64,000 nt of DNA, taken from a virus (Duplodnaviria > Caudoviricetes). Position numbers and translations under genes: made by a program. Where the stretch lies: positions 3,713 to 67,712 of the IMG/VR virus record IMGVR_UViG_3300028327_000004. One strand, 5' to 3'. This document shows, in pieces, positions 46,201 to 55,840 of this stretch; within the stretch, counting starts at the first letter, position 1; each line of letters starts with the position of its first letter. The notes under the pieces were generated by a model, which was not told the DNA's origin, made no database searches, and saw nothing but the letters and a program-made list of their open reading frames with translations.

Positions 46201-47003
46201 TTTGTATCCTCCAGTTTTGGAATAAGGCCTTTAGCTATGCAGACGGCATTCCGCGTCCGTTGACGCTGCCATGCGCCCTCAGACGGCGCCCATCGGAAAC
46301 CGTTATGTTTTAACAGGGAGCGTATTTCATCGGAAGGCTTGCCGTCGAAAATAAACTGTACCCGGTTTATGTCCAAACTCACGCGCATTTCGCCGCCTTT
46401 GAATGTGATTATCTCCGCGGCCATGCTGTCCAGTTGCGAAAGGTTTTTTAATTTTTCTTTTATACGGTTTATTTCGGCATTGTTATTGCTCAGCCGCCAG
46501 CTCTCATACGGTCCTGATTTCTGCACCCAGGAATAGGCTGTTTTCATTCGCTCGTCAATTTGTTCGGCATCGCTATCTACCAGTCCGGGATATCCTTTCA
46601 TGGTTTTATGCTTTCGCCAGTAACTGTTTATAGCTTTCATGTATTCTTGAAAGGCTTCCAGCTTCGCCAGTTTTTCCTTGTACTTGTTAACGGCTTCCGG
46701 ATCGTCTCCGCTGATAGAGTTATTGCCCGCGGCGGCCTCTGCTCTGCTCTGGTAGTAGTCGGATTTATCATTTTCAGCCATTGCTTTTTGCATGGCTTCA
46801 TCCTGCTTCCTTATTGCGGCCCGGTGTCTTTTTTCAGAATGATGGCCTACAAGGATAGGCTGCCCAAATTCAATGCCGCGGCCGGCGTCAATAGACCTTT
46901 GAACATGGCGGTTTGATTCCTTTTTTGCCTTGACCGCTTTTTCCGCAAGATAGTTTATACGGTCCTCTTTTCGTTCTTCGTGGTCAGATCTTCCGATTGC
47001 CAT
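46197..47003 (-). CDS. DUF3560-family protein
   Basis: GQPILVGHHSEKRHR, SISGDDPEA, NNNAEINR, GFRWAPS..AWQR. Confidence 0.88.
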   Translation of the reverse strand: MAIGRSDHEERKEDRINYLAEKAVKAKKESNRHVQRSIDAGRGIEFGQPILVGHHSEKRHRAAIRKQDEAMQKAMAENDKSDYYQSRAEAAAGNNSISGDDPEAVNKYKEKLAKLEAFQEYMKAINSYWRKHKTMKGYPGLVDSDAEQIDERMKTAYSWVQKSGPYESWRLSNNNAEINRIKEKLKNLSQLDSMAAEIITFKGGEMRVSLDINRVQFIFDGKPSDEIRSLLKHNGFRWAPSEGAWQRQRTRNAVCIAKGLIPKLEDTK

Positions 47004-47325
47004 TTTCTTTCTCCTTTCTTTCAGTTCTTGTTAAAATGCGCCCGTACTCTTCAATCTCATCTACCATCCAGCTATAGCCGTCAAATCCCTCGGAGCGTTT
47101 CCTGTACAATTTTGCTTCATCCGCGGTTATGCGTTTTATTGATACAAGCGCGCCCCATCCGTCGCCAAAGTTGTAATAATGGCTTTTTTCCTTATCAGTA
47201 TTTTCAAGGATGGGGTCTTTATTCTTGTATCTTTTTACAATGCAAAACAATCTGCCGTCACCCGTCCATTTATTATTCCACGCGTTATTGTTAGGCATGG
47301 TTAAAACGAAAACACGGTATTCCAT
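46984..47325 (-). CDS. Hypothetical protein
   Basis: WNNKWTG, GFDGYSWMV motifs. Confidence 0.65.
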   Translation of the reverse strand: MEYRVFVLTMPNNNAWNNKWTGDGRLFCIVKRYKNKDPILENTDKEKSHYYNFGDGWGALVSIKRITADEAKLYRKRSEGFDGYSWMVDEIEEYGRILTRTERKEKENGNRKI

Positions 47326-47644
47326 TTTCTACTCCTTTTTTTGGCGTTCTATCTGGCACTTCTTGAAACTTTTACAAGTTCCATTGTCCGGAAGCTTTCC
47401 GCAGAGGCGTTCAAAATGGGGGCATTTTTCTTTGCTATTCCTATTTGCGCAATTTCTACATCTATGCAAAACCCTCATTGTTCCTCCCTGGCCGTTTCCG
47501 GCACGTCTTGTTTTACACCCGATACTTTCGGGCATTTGTTTGCCGCTACCGTAGCAGGGCAGCCGGCCCGGTAACACCAGGCCGGCTCTCCGTCATCGGT
47601 AGAATAGTCAGAACATTTAATTTTCTGACATTCCAATTCCCGAT

Positions 47645-49345
47645 TCATTTTTTCGTTTTTCCCTTGCCTTTAGCGGCATTAACAGCCTTGATGTGTTTCG
47701 CGCTCGGAAGTTTTTTCAGGGGAGCCTTTTTTACCGCTGTTGTTTTTTTCGCTTCGGGCGTTTTAGGCTTCGCTTCCTTTTTTTCAGCCGGCTTTTTCTC
47801 GGGCTTTTTCTTCGGCATTCTCTTGCTGATTTCTTCCTTGTACAACTGCCGCAGTTTCTCTTTGGGGATACCGGCCCACTTCAAGACATCGCACGGTTTC
47901 CCCTTTTCAAAATCTACGGGTTCAACCAGCTCATACTCGCTCCATTCCATGGCGGCCAAAAGCAGGAAAACTTTTTCAGCCGGCAGCTTCGCAATATCGG
48001 GGACCGCCATTTTACCGACAAACATCTCAAAGACCTTTTTCCCGTTCCCGTGCAGATAGTGAAAATGTTTTTTCAGGAACGCTTCTTTGCTGACGGTGTC
48101 AACCTTTTTGGGATCGTCAAATTCCTGTTTTTTGATTTCCATAATCCGCCAGAACACGGAGTCGCGGACATTGCCGCCAAGCCCGGAAGCGGTAAGCCGT
48201 TTCCTGTCGCCCAGGGCATTAAGCGTTTCTTCCGCTTCGTCTTTCGGCAGATCCAGGATATTAACAATCGGAGTAAATTCTTTTTTCTTTGTGGCAGGGG
48301 AGGCGGTTTGTCCGGAAGTTATTTCTTCGGCTTTTTTCCAGTATCCGGCTTCTACTTCCAATTTGCCTGATGATGACAGATCAATCACGAAACACGGCTG
48401 GGCGCCTTTGTCGTTGGCCTTTGCTTCGGTCCTCCATGTCCACTCAATAACTTTGTAGTCTACCCCGTCAATGGACGCCTTAGCCCCCATTATTTTTTCG
48501 ATTTCATCGGAATGCCTTATAAGAATAAGCGATGCCGCGGCGTGTGATTTCTTGCTCCCCCTCAGGCTTTTAATTCTGTTCGCAATGACCGCCTGGCATT
48601 TTCCCTTATAGCATTCATGGTTTAGGCATGAATCGTCCACATCGTTCCATTCGGGGAATAATGTTTTTTCGCCGCAGAGTGTTCTTGTTTTGCATTCGGC
48701 GCACTGTTTGTCTTTCATAAAACTAAACAGTTTGTCATGGCCAAAGTTGGAAATAAATTCCTTTATGCGCCAACCGGCTATTTCCTCCCCCCGTTTTACC
48801 TCCACACAAGTTTTGTATTGTTTATAAAAAGCTTTCTGCGCTTCATCGCCCAGGCTTTTCAATGCGGCCGCCGAATGGAGCGACAGGTTGCCGTTTTTGA
48901 ATAATGTTTTTATATCATCATTCAGATCCAGCAATTGAATTCTCTGCCAAATGCCGGACGGTTTGCGGTCATACCGTTTTACCAATTCTTCAATTGTCTG
49001 ACCGTTTTCCAGAAGCCTTTTGTAGACTGCTGCCTCGTCCAGCGGATGCATCGCATCCCTGTTGATGTTTTCCGAACCTGCGATCTCATCGGCATGGTTA
49101 ACCTCATCGCCTTCAAGTATGCAGCTCGGTATTTCATTTCTGCCAAGAAACTTAAAAGCCGCGACGCGGCGCCTGCCGGCAACAACCTCAAAGGCCTTTT
49201 CCTCTTTAAGTTCCTTGACCGTAATCGCGTTGATAAGGCCGATCTTGTCAATGTCCTCGGCAAGAATTTTAATGTTTCCCTCGCCGCCGTAATCGCGATT
49301 TGACTTAACGCGCAAATCGGATAATTTAATGTTTTCCTTTCTCAT
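47645..49345 (-). CDS. ParB/RepB/Spo0J-family protein
   Basis: IGLINAITV, VVAGRRR, ENINRDAMHPLDEA, HTH. Confidence 0.88.
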   Translation of the reverse strand: MRKENIKLSDLRVKSNRDYGGEGNIKILAEDIDKIGLINAITVKELKEEKAFEVVAGRRRVAAFKFLGRNEIPSCILEGDEVNHADEIAGSENINRDAMHPLDEAAVYKRLLENGQTIEELVKRYDRKPSGIWQRIQLLDLNDDIKTLFKNGNLSLHSAAALKSLGDEAQKAFYKQYKTCVEVKRGEEIAGWRIKEFISNFGHDKLFSFMKDKQCAECKTRTLCGEKTLFPEWNDVDDSCLNHECYKGKCQAVIANRIKSLRGSKKSHAAASLILIRHSDEIEKIMGAKASIDGVDYKVIEWTWRTEAKANDKGAQPCFVIDLSSSGKLEVEAGYWKKAEEITSGQTASPATKKKEFTPIVNILDLPKDEAEETLNALGDRKRLTASGLGGNVRDSVFWRIMEIKKQEFDDPKKVDTVSKEAFLKKHFHYLHGNGKKVFEMFVGKMAVPDIAKLPAEKVFLLLAAMEWSEYELVEPVDFEKGKPCDVLKWAGIPKEKLRQLYKEEISKRMPKKKPEKKPAEKKEAKPKTPEAKKTTAVKKAPLKKLPSAKHIKAVNAAKGKGKTKK

Positions 49346-49497
49346 TCTTCATTCTCCTCTTGTGTTTTTGATGCCCGGTTATTATCCGGGCCGTTTTTAG
49401 GTTTGTGCGGACAACTGCCGCCCCTTTCTTCCGCCTCGCAGTCGTGGCTTTCATCGTTGATATACCAGCAACCGATATCCTGATAAGGGCACTTCAT
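49342..49497 (-). CDS. Small Cys-rich protein (51 aa, not in ORF track)
   Basis: MKCPYQDIGCWY...; ATGA overlap with ParB start. Confidence 0.5.
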   Translation of the reverse strand: MKCPYQDIGCWYINDESHDCEAEERGGSCPHKPKNGPDNNRASKTQEENEE

Positions 49498-49510
49498 TAT
49501 TCAGCGCCCC

Positions 49511-49939
49511 CTACCACGGTATTTCATCGGTAAAATCCCCGTCGTTTGCACCGGATGAAGTTTCATGTGAGGATTCCTGCTGTTCATGGCCGGCATTGTT
49601 ATCTGCCGATTTACCGCCAGAGAGAAGCTGGATTGATGAAGCGGTAACGGTGACTTTGGAATGGTTCTTACCGTCATCGCCGCTCCAGCGTTCCTGGGTA
49701 AGTTCCCCGGTTATTGATACCTGTTTTCCTTTGGTAAGGTAGTTACTCAACGATTCCGCCAGTTTTCCCCAAACCACAATCTCGAAAAAATGCGGTTCGT
49801 CTTTGTAGGTGTCACCGGATTTGCGTGACTTGCTCACGGCGATAGAAAACTTGAGAACGGATGTGCCGCCTTTTGTGGCCGTGAGTACAGCGTCGCGGGT
49901 TAATCTGCCTATTAAGACAACGATATTTGTATCTACCAT
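49511..49939 (-). CDS. ssb: Single-stranded DNA-binding protein
   Basis: NIVVLIGRLTRD, KGKQVSITGEL, acidic tail DEIPW. Confidence 0.96.
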   Translation of the reverse strand: MVDTNIVVLIGRLTRDAVLTATKGGTSVLKFSIAVSKSRKSGDTYKDEPHFFEIVVWGKLAESLSNYLTKGKQVSITGELTQERWSGDDGKNHSKVTVTASSIQLLSGGKSADNNAGHEQQESSHETSSGANDGDFTDEIPW

Positions 49940-49948
49940 GGCGTACCC

Positions 49949-51079
49949 CTATATTCCCAGCTCACTGCCGGCTGTTGCGCTTGCGGGGGCGGTACTCTTT
50001 TTTCCCGCCTTGCCCTTGCCTTTTACGTCTTCGGGGATGTCATCGATGAAACCGTCATCGGGAGGCGCCTGCGGCTTACTGGGTTGCGCTTCCAGCGCCG
50101 CGGTATCATCACCGAAAGGAACCGGCGTATAATTCGCCTTCCGTTTTTCAAGTTCCTTTTGCCATTCGGAAGCGAATTTCTCCAGCTCTTTTATGTCTGC
50201 CGTTTTTTCGATATACCCTTTGGCCATAGCCCTTTCCGCGTCGGAGAAGAAATCCGTTTCATCCGGAGTTTTAGTCAGCAGTATCGCAACGATGCTGGCA
50301 ACAATATCTTTCCGGTTAGGCGGTTTGGTGTTTTCGCCGCCAGGCGGTGTAGTGGGGGCAGGGGGTGTTTGAGGCTTTGTCGCGGGAAGCGGCGCGGCGC
50401 CCTCGTTAAGCCATGCGATAAGCTGTTCGCCGAATTCCTTTCCGGGCTTTTTAATGTATTTGTCCTGAAATTTTCCTGTGCGGTCTTTTGTCACATGACC
50501 AGTATGGCTACCGTCCATTGTCATCGCCATTGTGAATTCGTACTCAAAACCGGCACGCTGTACCGCGGCAAGCCCGACCTTGTTTATCTCCGTTTTGCCT
50601 TCCCCGTTCTTGTCAATGGAGTATTCCGTTTTTGAACGGCAGGTAACAATGATGTGGCCGGGATAATTGAGCATTGCTTCAATAAACTGCTTCTGGAGCG
50701 GCGTTCCCTGCGCCCATGCCCTGAAAGACGTATTTCCGCCCTTCATGTTGTTTGCAATCTGATCAACACGTTCTACAAGGGCGTCCCATGCGTGGGATGT
50801 GCTGTCAATGATAACAATGGGATAATTGGCTTTTGCGGCCGCATTCAACGCATCGATATAGTTCTCGATTTGAAACTCCATGAGGTCAACCGTGTCGAAC
50901 TCAAACCTGTCGGCATACAGCGATGCGGAACCGTGTTCCGAATCGATAAGCGCGACAGGGCTGCCCATTCCTGACGCGATAGCCAGGGCGGTATAGGTTT
51001 TTCCGCTTCCAGAAATACCGTCAATCGCAAGCCTCAGCCGCGATTTGGTTTTAACCGCTTTCTTAAACTCCATACTCAT
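49949..51079 (-). CDS. Sak4-like AAA ATPase recombinase
   Basis: GISGSGKTYTAL, IIDSTSHAW, FEYEF, KDRTG. Confidence 0.85.
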   Translation of the reverse strand: MSMEFKKAVKTKSRLRLAIDGISGSGKTYTALAIASGMGSPVALIDSEHGSASLYADRFEFDTVDLMEFQIENYIDALNAAAKANYPIVIIDSTSHAWDALVERVDQIANNMKGGNTSFRAWAQGTPLQKQFIEAMLNYPGHIIVTCRSKTEYSIDKNGEGKTEINKVGLAAVQRAGFEYEFTMAMTMDGSHTGHVTKDRTGKFQDKYIKKPGKEFGEQLIAWLNEGAAPLPATKPQTPPAPTTPPGGENTKPPNRKDIVASIVAILLTKTPDETDFFSDAERAMAKGYIEKTADIKELEKFASEWQKELEKRKANYTPVPFGDDTAALEAQPSKPQAPPDDGFIDDIPEDVKGKGKAGKKSTAPASATAGSELGI

Positions 51080-51148
51080 AAACTCTCCTTAAAAATTATT
51101 TGTCCGAACGTTCGGACAGTTCCCCTCCATAAAGAAGGGGAACATGGT

Positions 51149-52030
51149 TTATGCGGCCGATTCCTGTTCCTCAGCCGCGGCGACATTGTTGCGGTAGAAA
51201 TCGCAATACTCGCAACAAGAGCAATACTCACCGCAGCGCACCGATTCCCCGGGACGCTTCTCGACAAAATGCCCCTTGCCCAATTCGGCGACCATTTTCT
51301 CCGCTTCTGCCGCATTATCGAGAACACGGACGGCGGACTTGCGGCCTTCTTTTTTGACGGCGTATTTTGTGGGCTTTTCCCAGCGTTCCTTCGCGGAACA
51401 GGGCGGGATATCATCATCGGCCATTTCCTTACACCGTTTGTAATCGGCGATTTTTGCCCTGATGTAAGCCTCGATTTCGTCCAGCCCTTCCTGGGTAACG
51501 TCAAACTCATAGACATACACGGGCTTTTGGGGATACGATGAATTACGCTTGGCGTCCCGCTTCGAATGGTCTTTAAGGATACCGATGAATTGGCATTTAT
51601 GGACCTTAAAGCCGTTCTTGATAAGGAGCCAAGCGTATATTAACCCCTGCCGGCGCCAATCCTCAAAATCATTGAACATGATTTTCCAGACTGAAACGCT
51701 CTTGTAGTCCGAAAGGACGCCGGTCCGCATATTGTAGTTGTCAATGCGGCCGGTAACGGTCATGTCGTCCACTTCGTAGGGAATAAATTCCTCCGTGAAT
51801 TCATCTTCCCCCTCGTTTTCCAGAACCTTATGGACGGCAGAACCGAAAATGGCGTAGAAGTGATCCGCCACATCGTCCTCAAGTTCGTCCCAGTGGCGAT
51901 CTGTGAGGAGGATCTGCTTTGTCCCGTTCAGAAGCGTAGTAGCGGACAGCCGGCCGGGGTTATTATGGCGCCGAACCGTTACCGCTTTAACCAACGCTTC
52001 CGGAAGGTTCATCCTGTTGGTTATTTTCAT
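51149..52030 (-). CDS. PD-(D/E)xK (Cas4-like) exonuclease
   Basis: LSATTL, GSAVH, TGRID..DYKS, four Cys. Confidence 0.85.
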   Translation of the reverse strand: MKITNRMNLPEALVKAVTVRRHNNPGRLSATTLLNGTKQILLTDRHWDELEDDVADHFYAIFGSAVHKVLENEGEDEFTEEFIPYEVDDMTVTGRIDNYNMRTGVLSDYKSVSVWKIMFNDFEDWRRQGLIYAWLLIKNGFKVHKCQFIGILKDHSKRDAKRNSSYPQKPVYVYEFDVTQEGLDEIEAYIRAKIADYKRCKEMADDDIPPCSAKERWEKPTKYAVKKEGRKSAVRVLDNAAEAEKMVAELGKGHFVEKRPGESVRCGEYCSCCEYCDFYRNNVAAAEEQESAA

Positions 52031-52091
52031 AAAATCTCCTTTCTGTTCAAAGAACAGAATGTTTATCTTGAGCCGCGACGCGGCTTTTTCC

Positions 52092-52850
52092 CTAAAATAA
52101 TTCTCCCTGGACCAATTCACGCGCCGGGGGTAGGCTTATAACTTTCTCTACTTCCTTTTCTTCCTGTGGTTCTGTTTGCGGTTGTGTTATCCGATCAAAC
52201 ATTCTTTCTGTCTTGAGCCGGAAATCCATCCCACTTATGCAGTAGCCGATTGTTTCCCATTCCCAGAATGTTTCATTGGTCAATGCATTACCGCAGACAA
52301 TGACGGCGGGCGCGCCTAGCAAACTCATCTGAATAAAAGTCATCCGCGCGCATCGGGGATCGATATCAATTCCTTTGAAATATACGTCCCACTGATAATT
52401 CATTCCGCGCTTTCTCAGTACATCGGCGCTGGCTATGAGCATAACGCCCGATCCGCAAGCCGGATCGCATATCTTCAATATCTGGTTTTTGGGAGCATCA
52501 CCAATAGACATTTCTGCCATCATGTAGGATATGTGGTAGGGCGTAAAAAATTGGCCGGTTCTTGAATTAGACATCTCCCCATAGGTAAATACTTCGCCTA
52601 AAAAGTCCTGTTCCTTTTCCTCAAGGGCATCAGTTACCATTCCCAATAATCCGCTTAGCTGTTCTAATTCTTCCTTCGTATACAGCTTGGCGACTTGTAA
52701 GTATTCTTCCTCGACCGCCTTGTCTTTTTTCCATGTAGCGTACAGGGAAGCAGATGCCAATATCAGCCAATCGCTAAAAATCTCATAACGGCTTTTTGAC
52801 GGCCTTATTTTATCCAGTTTCTTTATAAACTCTTGAACATGCGGCGTCAT
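52092..52850 (-). CDS. N6-adenine methyltransferase-like protein lacking the NPPY motif
   Basis: GQFFTP, DPACGSG, GIDID, GNAL; no NPP(Y/F/W). Confidence 0.8.
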   Translation of the reverse strand: MTPHVQEFIKKLDKIRPSKSRYEIFSDWLILASASLYATWKKDKAVEEEYLQVAKLYTKEELEQLSGLLGMVTDALEEKEQDFLGEVFTYGEMSNSRTGQFFTPYHISYMMAEMSIGDAPKNQILKICDPACGSGVMLIASADVLRKRGMNYQWDVYFKGIDIDPRCARMTFIQMSLLGAPAVIVCGNALTNETFWEWETIGYCISGMDFRLKTERMFDRITQPQTEPQEEKEVEKVISLPPARELVQGELF

Positions 52851-53299
52851 TGCTCACCCCCGGCGTCAAGATATTTAATAAAGTCATTTATTTCGTAATC
52901 TTCAAAATTCTCTTTAATTTTTCCTAATTGCCTATAAGAATAAAAATTATCTTTTGGCGTTATTATTATGTGGTCTAACAAATGAATGCCCAGTATAAAT
53001 GCCGCCCTACTAAGACGTTCGGTAATAACATCATCTTCATGCGAGGGCTGGGCGTTTCCGCTAGGATGGTTATGAATGAACATTACGGCCGCCGAATAAT
53101 CCCGGATTACTGGAAAGAAACACTCGCGGGGGTGTACTATGGTTCTATTCAACAAACCTTTCGTAATGTGGTGTATGCGGTATACAACATGATCCCCGTT
53201 CAAAGTAATCGCCAGGAAGTTTTCTTCCCGGCGTTTTTTCCATTTATTCAGAATGGGGAGAATATCAGTCGGATGTCTAATTTTAATTTCCCTGTTCAT
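52847..53299 (-). CDS. RadC-like JAB domain protein
   Basis: VHPRE, HNHPSG..PSHEDD, LLDHII. Confidence 0.93.
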   Translation of the reverse strand: MNREIKIRHPTDILPILNKWKKRREENFLAITLNGDHVVYRIHHITKGLLNRTIVHPRECFFPVIRDYSAAVMFIHNHPSGNAQPSHEDDVITERLSRAAFILGIHLLDHIIITPKDNFYSYRQLGKIKENFEDYEINDFIKYLDAGGEQ

Positions 53300-53526
53300 T
53301 CGGATTTAACAACCTTTCCCAAGCGCTGTAATTCGGAAACAAACACGGTGATCCCGCCGCGAATGCCGGCAAGGCTTTCTTTCGCATCAGCGAGTTCCTT
53401 TTCTGCGTCTGCCAGACAAATCTCCGCCATGCGCAAACGGTTTACGGCCACAGTTTCTTCTGTTTGGTATTTGATTAGTTCTTCAGAACAAAACTTATAT
53501 TCTTCTTTCGCTTTTTCCTTATTCAT
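53296..53526 (-). CDS. Coiled-coil hypothetical protein
   Basis: Coupled ORF. Confidence 0.55.
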   Translation of the reverse strand: MNKEKAKEEYKFCSEELIKYQTEETVAVNRLRMAEICLADAEKELADAKESLAGIRGGITVFVSELQRLGKVVKSE

Positions 53527-53577
53527 ATTTCCTCCGGAAACTACCGCCCAGGAACTGGCCCCGGGCGGTGTGTTTAT

Positions 53578-53877
53578 TTAGGCCGCCTTTTCCTCAAACT
53601 GGCCAAAGGTGATTTCTTCCTTTTTGATTTTGGTCAGCGTGCAAAACACCGCTTTGAACGTGTTAATTTCCGCAGGTGTGATTTTGCTGGCGATGGGATA
53701 CAGCACCTTTACCCTTTCCACAAGTGACGAAACGATAAACGCCTCGTTCGGGAATACTGCTTTGAGCGCCGCCTTAGCCTGTTTTGCGGTCCGTTCGCTG
53801 TTGAACTTCTTTTCCTTCTTGGCCTTTGCCACTTTCTCCGACGTTTTCTCCGTCTTCTTCTCATTTGTTTTGTCCAT
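53578..53877 (-). CDS. Lys-rich hypothetical protein
   Basis: GGAG RBS; ORF in operon. Confidence 0.6.
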   Translation of the reverse strand: MDKTNEKKTEKTSEKVAKAKKEKKFNSERTAKQAKAALKAVFPNEAFIVSSLVERVKVLYPIASKITPAEINTFKAVFCTLTKIKKEEITFGQFEEKAA

Positions 53878-53992
53878 GATAAAATCTCCTTCTTCATGGT
53901 TTATTTTCCGGCGCTAGGCGCTGGAGGCTTTCGCCGACCGCCCGGGGGGAGGGCGGTTTCGGGGAGTAGCCAACTCCCCATCGTCAGGGCGA

Positions 53993-54220
53993 TTATCTGT
54001 TCCACTCCTCGGGGCTATACCGCCTTTCGTATTGGGATATTTCCCTGATACCGGGAACAGTCACGATTGTTTCATTAAGGTTATTTCCAAACCTGCGTTT
54101 TATTTTTCTTAATTTTCTGCGGGCTTTCGCGCCGTACCCAATAACGCCAACCGACAGCAAAATATCCATTGGGCAGCCGTCCATGTCATGCCCTACCATA
54201 TACCTGCAAACTGTTCTCAT
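53993..54220 (-). CDS. Hypothetical protein
   Basis: ATGA overlap with J-domain gene stop. Confidence 0.5.
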   Translation of the reverse strand: MRTVCRYMVGHDMDGCPMDILLSVGVIGYGAKARRKLRKIKRRFGNNLNETIVTVPGIREISQYERRYSPEEWNR

Positions 54221-54957
54221 GCTGTTATTCTCCTTGCCCCTTTCGGGCCTTTGTTTGTTTGGATGCGTTCCCTTCTGGGAACGATTTTTAAGGGTTTGTT
54301 CCATTTGCCAATATCGAAATGGGGATAAAAGTTTGTGCTGTAATAATCAAATCGACCATCGCTGTCGTCATAACGATAAGAATTAACAAGGCTCTCCACA
54401 TCTTTTAGAAGTTCTTTTGCTTTATCGGTCATCCAGTCGTAATACCAATCCCAATTTTGGATGCCTCTGCCTGAATGGAGCTGCTGACAAATTATTGCCG
54501 CGTCTTCATTACTTCTGTATTCGCCGCTTTGTCTTGGAACCGCTTTTATTCTGTCTTCTAAAAAAATGTTTTCCGGTGCTTCCATGAGAGTTACATATAA
54601 ACCGCAACTGCCAGAATTATGTTCCTGTACAACGCTGAATTTCCATGTGGGATAAACGTCTTTGACATACCCGCGGATAATAGGTGCAATATCGCGAAGG
54701 CGGAGATTGGGATTATACCTGGCGCCGGCCCAGCCGTTCGACGTGTAGAACGTGCGCCTATATTCCCCTGCGGTTTCAGTTCCGGAAGTTTTAACCGGGG
54801 CTTTTTTCTCAAGGATACGGAAAGCAAGATCAAACTCAGCGTTGATTTCCTTCATCACCTCGGTATCGCCGCCAAGGTCAGGATGATTTTCCATAGCAAG
54901 GCGGCGGTATTCGGTTTTTAAGACATCCAGCGTGTCAATACGGTTAAAGTATTTCAT
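54217..54957 (-). CDS. J-domain protein (HPD) with LPD29-like C-terminal domain
   Basis: YRRLAMENHPDLGGD.E.MKEINAEF; NSYRYDDSDGRFDYYSTNFY. Confidence 0.82.
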   Translation of the reverse strand: MKYFNRIDTLDVLKTEYRRLAMENHPDLGGDTEVMKEINAEFDLAFRILEKKAPVKTSGTETAGEYRRTFYTSNGWAGARYNPNLRLRDIAPIIRGYVKDVYPTWKFSVVQEHNSGSCGLYVTLMEAPENIFLEDRIKAVPRQSGEYRSNEDAAIICQQLHSGRGIQNWDWYYDWMTDKAKELLKDVESLVNSYRYDDSDGRFDYYSTNFYPHFDIGKWNKPLKIVPRRERIQTNKGPKGARRITA

Positions 54958-55145
54958 GCGGCAATCTCCTTCAATTTGAGATTCTTCATAATGGTTATCA
55001 CCGCATCCCAATAACCCCAGTTATATTCGGCGTTCATCATCCCCTTAACCAGAATATTATTGGTTATGCTTTCCAGTTCCTCATTTGCGTCATTGCGGAT
55101 TTTTCTGGCTTCGTTTCTTTTGGCCAATACTTCATCAAAAGTCAT
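54954..55145 (-). CDS. Hypothetical protein
   Basis: ATGA-coupled. Confidence 0.55.
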   Translation of the reverse strand: MTFDEVLAKRNEARKIRNDANEELESITNNILVKGMMNAEYNWGYWDAVITIMKNLKLKEIAA

Positions 55146-55149
55146 GCTG

Positions 55150-55401
55150 TTACCCCCTTGCCCCGCAATAGTTGACGATGTCTCTTAACGCGCTGGTTAC
55201 TGTTGTTTGTTCAAATCCGGTTTTCCGGGCAATAGCGTTATCATCCTTTTCCTTTATCCTGAGCAGGGCTACCTGCTCATGGATCGTTCCGCCTACTTCG
55301 TCTTTTTTAATTTTAGAATTGAGGTACAAAGCACAGCAGATAACTTGTCCCAGCGGGCTATCGGCATCTACGCTTTCCAGTAATTCTTTTTTGACTTTCA
55401 T
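55150..55401 (-). CDS. Hypothetical protein with possible C-terminal HTH
   Basis: IARKTGFEQTTVTSAL. Confidence 0.55.
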   Translation of the reverse strand: MKVKKELLESVDADSPLGQVICCALYLNSKIKKDEVGGTIHEQVALLRIKEKDDNAIARKTGFEQTTVTSALRDIVNYCGARG

Positions 55402-55658
55402 TTGGTCCCCCTTTCCATTTCGTCAGCCCATAGTTCCCGCGAATCCGCATATTCGGTTTCGTTCATCTCGTAAAACTTCATCACCTGTTCCTTGTCGGCG
55501 TGGTTTACCGCCCAGATGTAAATGTCCTCTTCAAAGTCGGCGGAATTTTCATAGTCGAATTCTTTTGTCATAGCCAAGATTTCATTCTCTCCGGCAGTCA
55601 TGTACCGATCAAAAATTTCGTTTGTGAGTTTCATTATGCTACCACCTCCATAAGCCAC
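55398..55658 (-). CDS. Acidic hypothetical protein
   Basis: Coupled ORF. Confidence 0.55.
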   Translation of the reverse strand: MAYGGGSIMKLTNEIFDRYMTAGENEILAMTKEFDYENSADFEEDIYIWAVNHADKEQVMKFYEMNETEYADSRELWADEMERGTK

Positions 55659-55840
55659 TCAGCGGCGGCTTCTATCCGGCTTGGGAACTTCAAATGTATG
55701 GCCTCCCTATGCCAATACGGATCGCTCTTGCACGAAATTATATAGAAGTCAGAAATTGTGTCCGACTCATAATTCCGTACAAGCCATTTGTCATCGCCCG
55801 TTTTCCCTTCCAGTTTTTTCATCGCTTCTTCTTTTGTCAT
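55634..55840 (-). CDS. Hypothetical protein
   Basis: Coupled ORF. Confidence 0.55.
   Translation of the reverse strand: MTKEEAMKKLEGKTGDDKWLVRNYESDTISDFYIISCKSDPYWHREAIHLKFPSRIEAAAEWLMEVVA

Noticed and set aside
47690-47830. Lys/Pro/Ala-rich repeat at the ParB C-terminus
   Set aside because: Low-complexity histone-like tail, common and not informative on its own
51149-52030. Cas4-like nuclease as part of a CRISPR system
   Set aside because: No other cas genes and no repeat-spacer array seen; it sits with Sak4-like and ssb genes as a recombination module
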